From an uncultured delta proteobacterium (GTDB taxonomy: Bacteria > Myxococcota_A > Polyangia > Fen-1088), in NCBI GenBank assembly GCA_963755125.1, contig CAVWIP010000010.1, forward strand, positions 407,911 to 471,910: 64,000 nucleotides of DNA. Direction: 5' to 3'. The position numbers and the translations under genes were made by a program. The notes under the pieces are model-generated. The model saw only the letters and a program-made list of their open reading frames with translations, did no database searches and had not been told where the DNA came from. Each line of letters starts with the position of its first letter. Within the stretch, counting starts at the first letter, position 1. Of the stretch, positions 62,609 through 64,000 are shown piece by piece.

Positions 62609-64000
62609 TTGCAACAACAACTATCAGCGCACAACCGCCCATCCCCCCAACTGCCCCGCGGCTTTACCCGCCACGACGCGATTCCCGCGCTCCTCACCTT
62701 GGCTGCGATGGTGATCGGGGCGCGTATCTTCCTGTTCTTCCTGTTTCCGTACGCGCTACAAGTCGGTTTCGACGAGGGCTACGAAGCCGCGGCAGTTGAG
62801 CGGATCATCGACGGACACTGGCTGCCGTATGTCGACTGCTTCAGCCATCGCGGCCCCTTCCTCTACTGGACGCTGGCGGTCTTTCACCTGCTGGTTGGCC
62901 GCTTCGAGTACACCGGGACGCGCGTCATGGGCCTGGTCTGCTCCTTGACCACCACGGCCACCATCTTCCTCGGGGGCTGGTCTGCCGGTTGGCCTATGGC
63001 CGGGGCCATCGCCGCTGCCTTGAACGTGTTCGTCGTCGCCGTGCTCTATGTCCCGGGTGGCGGCGTCGGCGTGCACTGCGAGCCGGTGGCGGTTGCCTAC
63101 GCGACGGCCGCATTCTTCCTGGTCGCGTACGGGCTCTGCCGGGCTCGCTCCCCGCGCGCCAGGACCGTCCTGCTCGCGGTGGGCGGCGTCTTGGTGGGCA
63201 CCGCCGGATTGACCAAACAGACGATGGCTGTCGCGTCGATGCCAATGATTCTTTGGATTATCGCGCGCAGTTTGCAGGGCCCCGAATGTCCGGTTTCGGA
63301 CCGGCTGCGCGGCTGGCGCGCCCTTCTGAACGTGATCCCATTCGTGGCGGGTGGGCTTGGTCTGGTCGCGGCCGTGCTCGCCCGCTACGCGATAGCCGGG
63401 CAACTCCGAGCGTTCTTCTTCTGGTCCACGACCTTCAACACCAAGGTGTACATGGAACCCTACAAGGGCAGGATTCTGGCCAGCCTCAGCGATTGGTTCT
63501 TCGATCAGCCCTTTGCGATCATGGGCGTGGCGCTGGCTCTCATCATGGTAATGGCGCGCCCCCTGTCCCTGGCGGAATGTTTCACCCTGCGTGGACTTGT
63601 GCGGGGCCTGCTGGGGGCCGCCTTCGAAGTCACCATAGGGCTCATGGCTTTGCTGCTGCTCTTTGCGGCGGCCGGCCCGCTTCGATTCTGGCCCCACTAT
63701 TTCGTGCCGGTCTACCCCATCTTCGGTCTCCTGCTCGGCGTCTACATCGAGCGGGGGCTGCGCAGGAGTGGGGCGGTGCCGCTTCTGGCCCAGGCGGCCG
63801 TTGCCGTAGTCGTGGGGGCCCTGCTCATCTTGTCGGGCAGCAACAAGCTGTCGGCTCTTCGCGAGGAGCGGGCCCATGGCGGGTGGCCCGATCCGCGGCC
63901 CGATCCGGCCTGCGCGGAAATCGATCGTATCGCCGGACCCGGTCAAGGCCCGATCTTCGTGTGGGGCACCGCCGGCGATATCTACGTCACCTGCCGAAGA
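62609..64000 (+). CDS. GT-C (ArnT/PMT-like) membrane glycosyltransferase, 3'-truncated by the window edge
   Basis: Hand translation: ...MVIGARIFLFFLFPYALQVGFDEGYEAAAVERIIDGHWLPYVDCFSHRGPFLYW..., TKQ, WPHYF, many TMs. Start is the TTG at 62609 or the ATG at 62708. Confidence 0.8.
   Translation, partial: MQQQLSAHNRPSPQLPRGFTRHDAIPALLTLAAMVIGARIFLFFLFPYALQVGFDEGYEAAAVERIIDGHWLPYVDCFSHRGPFLYWTLAVFHLLVGRFEYTGTRVMGLVCSLTTTATIFLGGWSAGWPMAGAIAAALNVFVVAVLYVPGGGVGVHCEPVAVAYATAAFFLVAYGLCRARSPRARTVLLAVGGVLVGTAGLTKQTMAVASMPMILWIIARSLQGPECPVSDRLRGWRALLNVIPFVAGGLGLVAAVLARYAIAGQLRAFFFWSTTFNTKVYMEPYKGRILASLSDWFFDQPFAIMGVALALIMVMARPLSLAECFTLRGLVRGLLGAAFEVTIGLMALLLLFAAAGPLRFWPHYFVPVYPIFGLLLGVYIERGLRRSGAVPLLAQAAVAVVVGALLILSGSNKLSALREERAHGGWPDPRPDPACAEIDRIAGPGQGPIFVWGTAGDIYVTCRR

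Overview
High-GC bacterial chromosomal window, most likely Myxococcota (Polyangia-like). This placement is an inference from the Ser/Thr kinases with PEGA domains, the cysteine-rich myxobacterial repeats and the Gly/Thr-linker lipoproteins. It holds about 50 genes. Housekeeping and metabolic genes include panD, rpoZ, trpB2, pta-ackA, thiD, rseP, ahcY, pfkA and an RluA-family pseudouridine synthase. There is a full MoxR/DUF58/BatA-E operon, a kinase-less heptose-biosynthesis cluster, two secreted Zn peptidases, and an ECF sigma/anti-sigma/membrane-protein module followed by tethered CAZyme lipoproteins (GH79-like, GH2). GH18, GH6-like and fibro-slime lipoproteins lie elsewhere in the window. 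I saw no rRNA, tRNA, CRISPR array or transposase. The most striking unannotated signal is a modular palindromic repeat family. It has two intergenic copies (3730-3873 and 18253-18328) and one 138-bp copy inserted in frame (46 aa) inside the RluA gene, and its internal module occurs at different positions and in opposite orientations. Also notable: several genes that appear leaderless, and a possible new GH6-like glycoside hydrolase domain. All family assignments come from motif recognition by eye, not from database searches.
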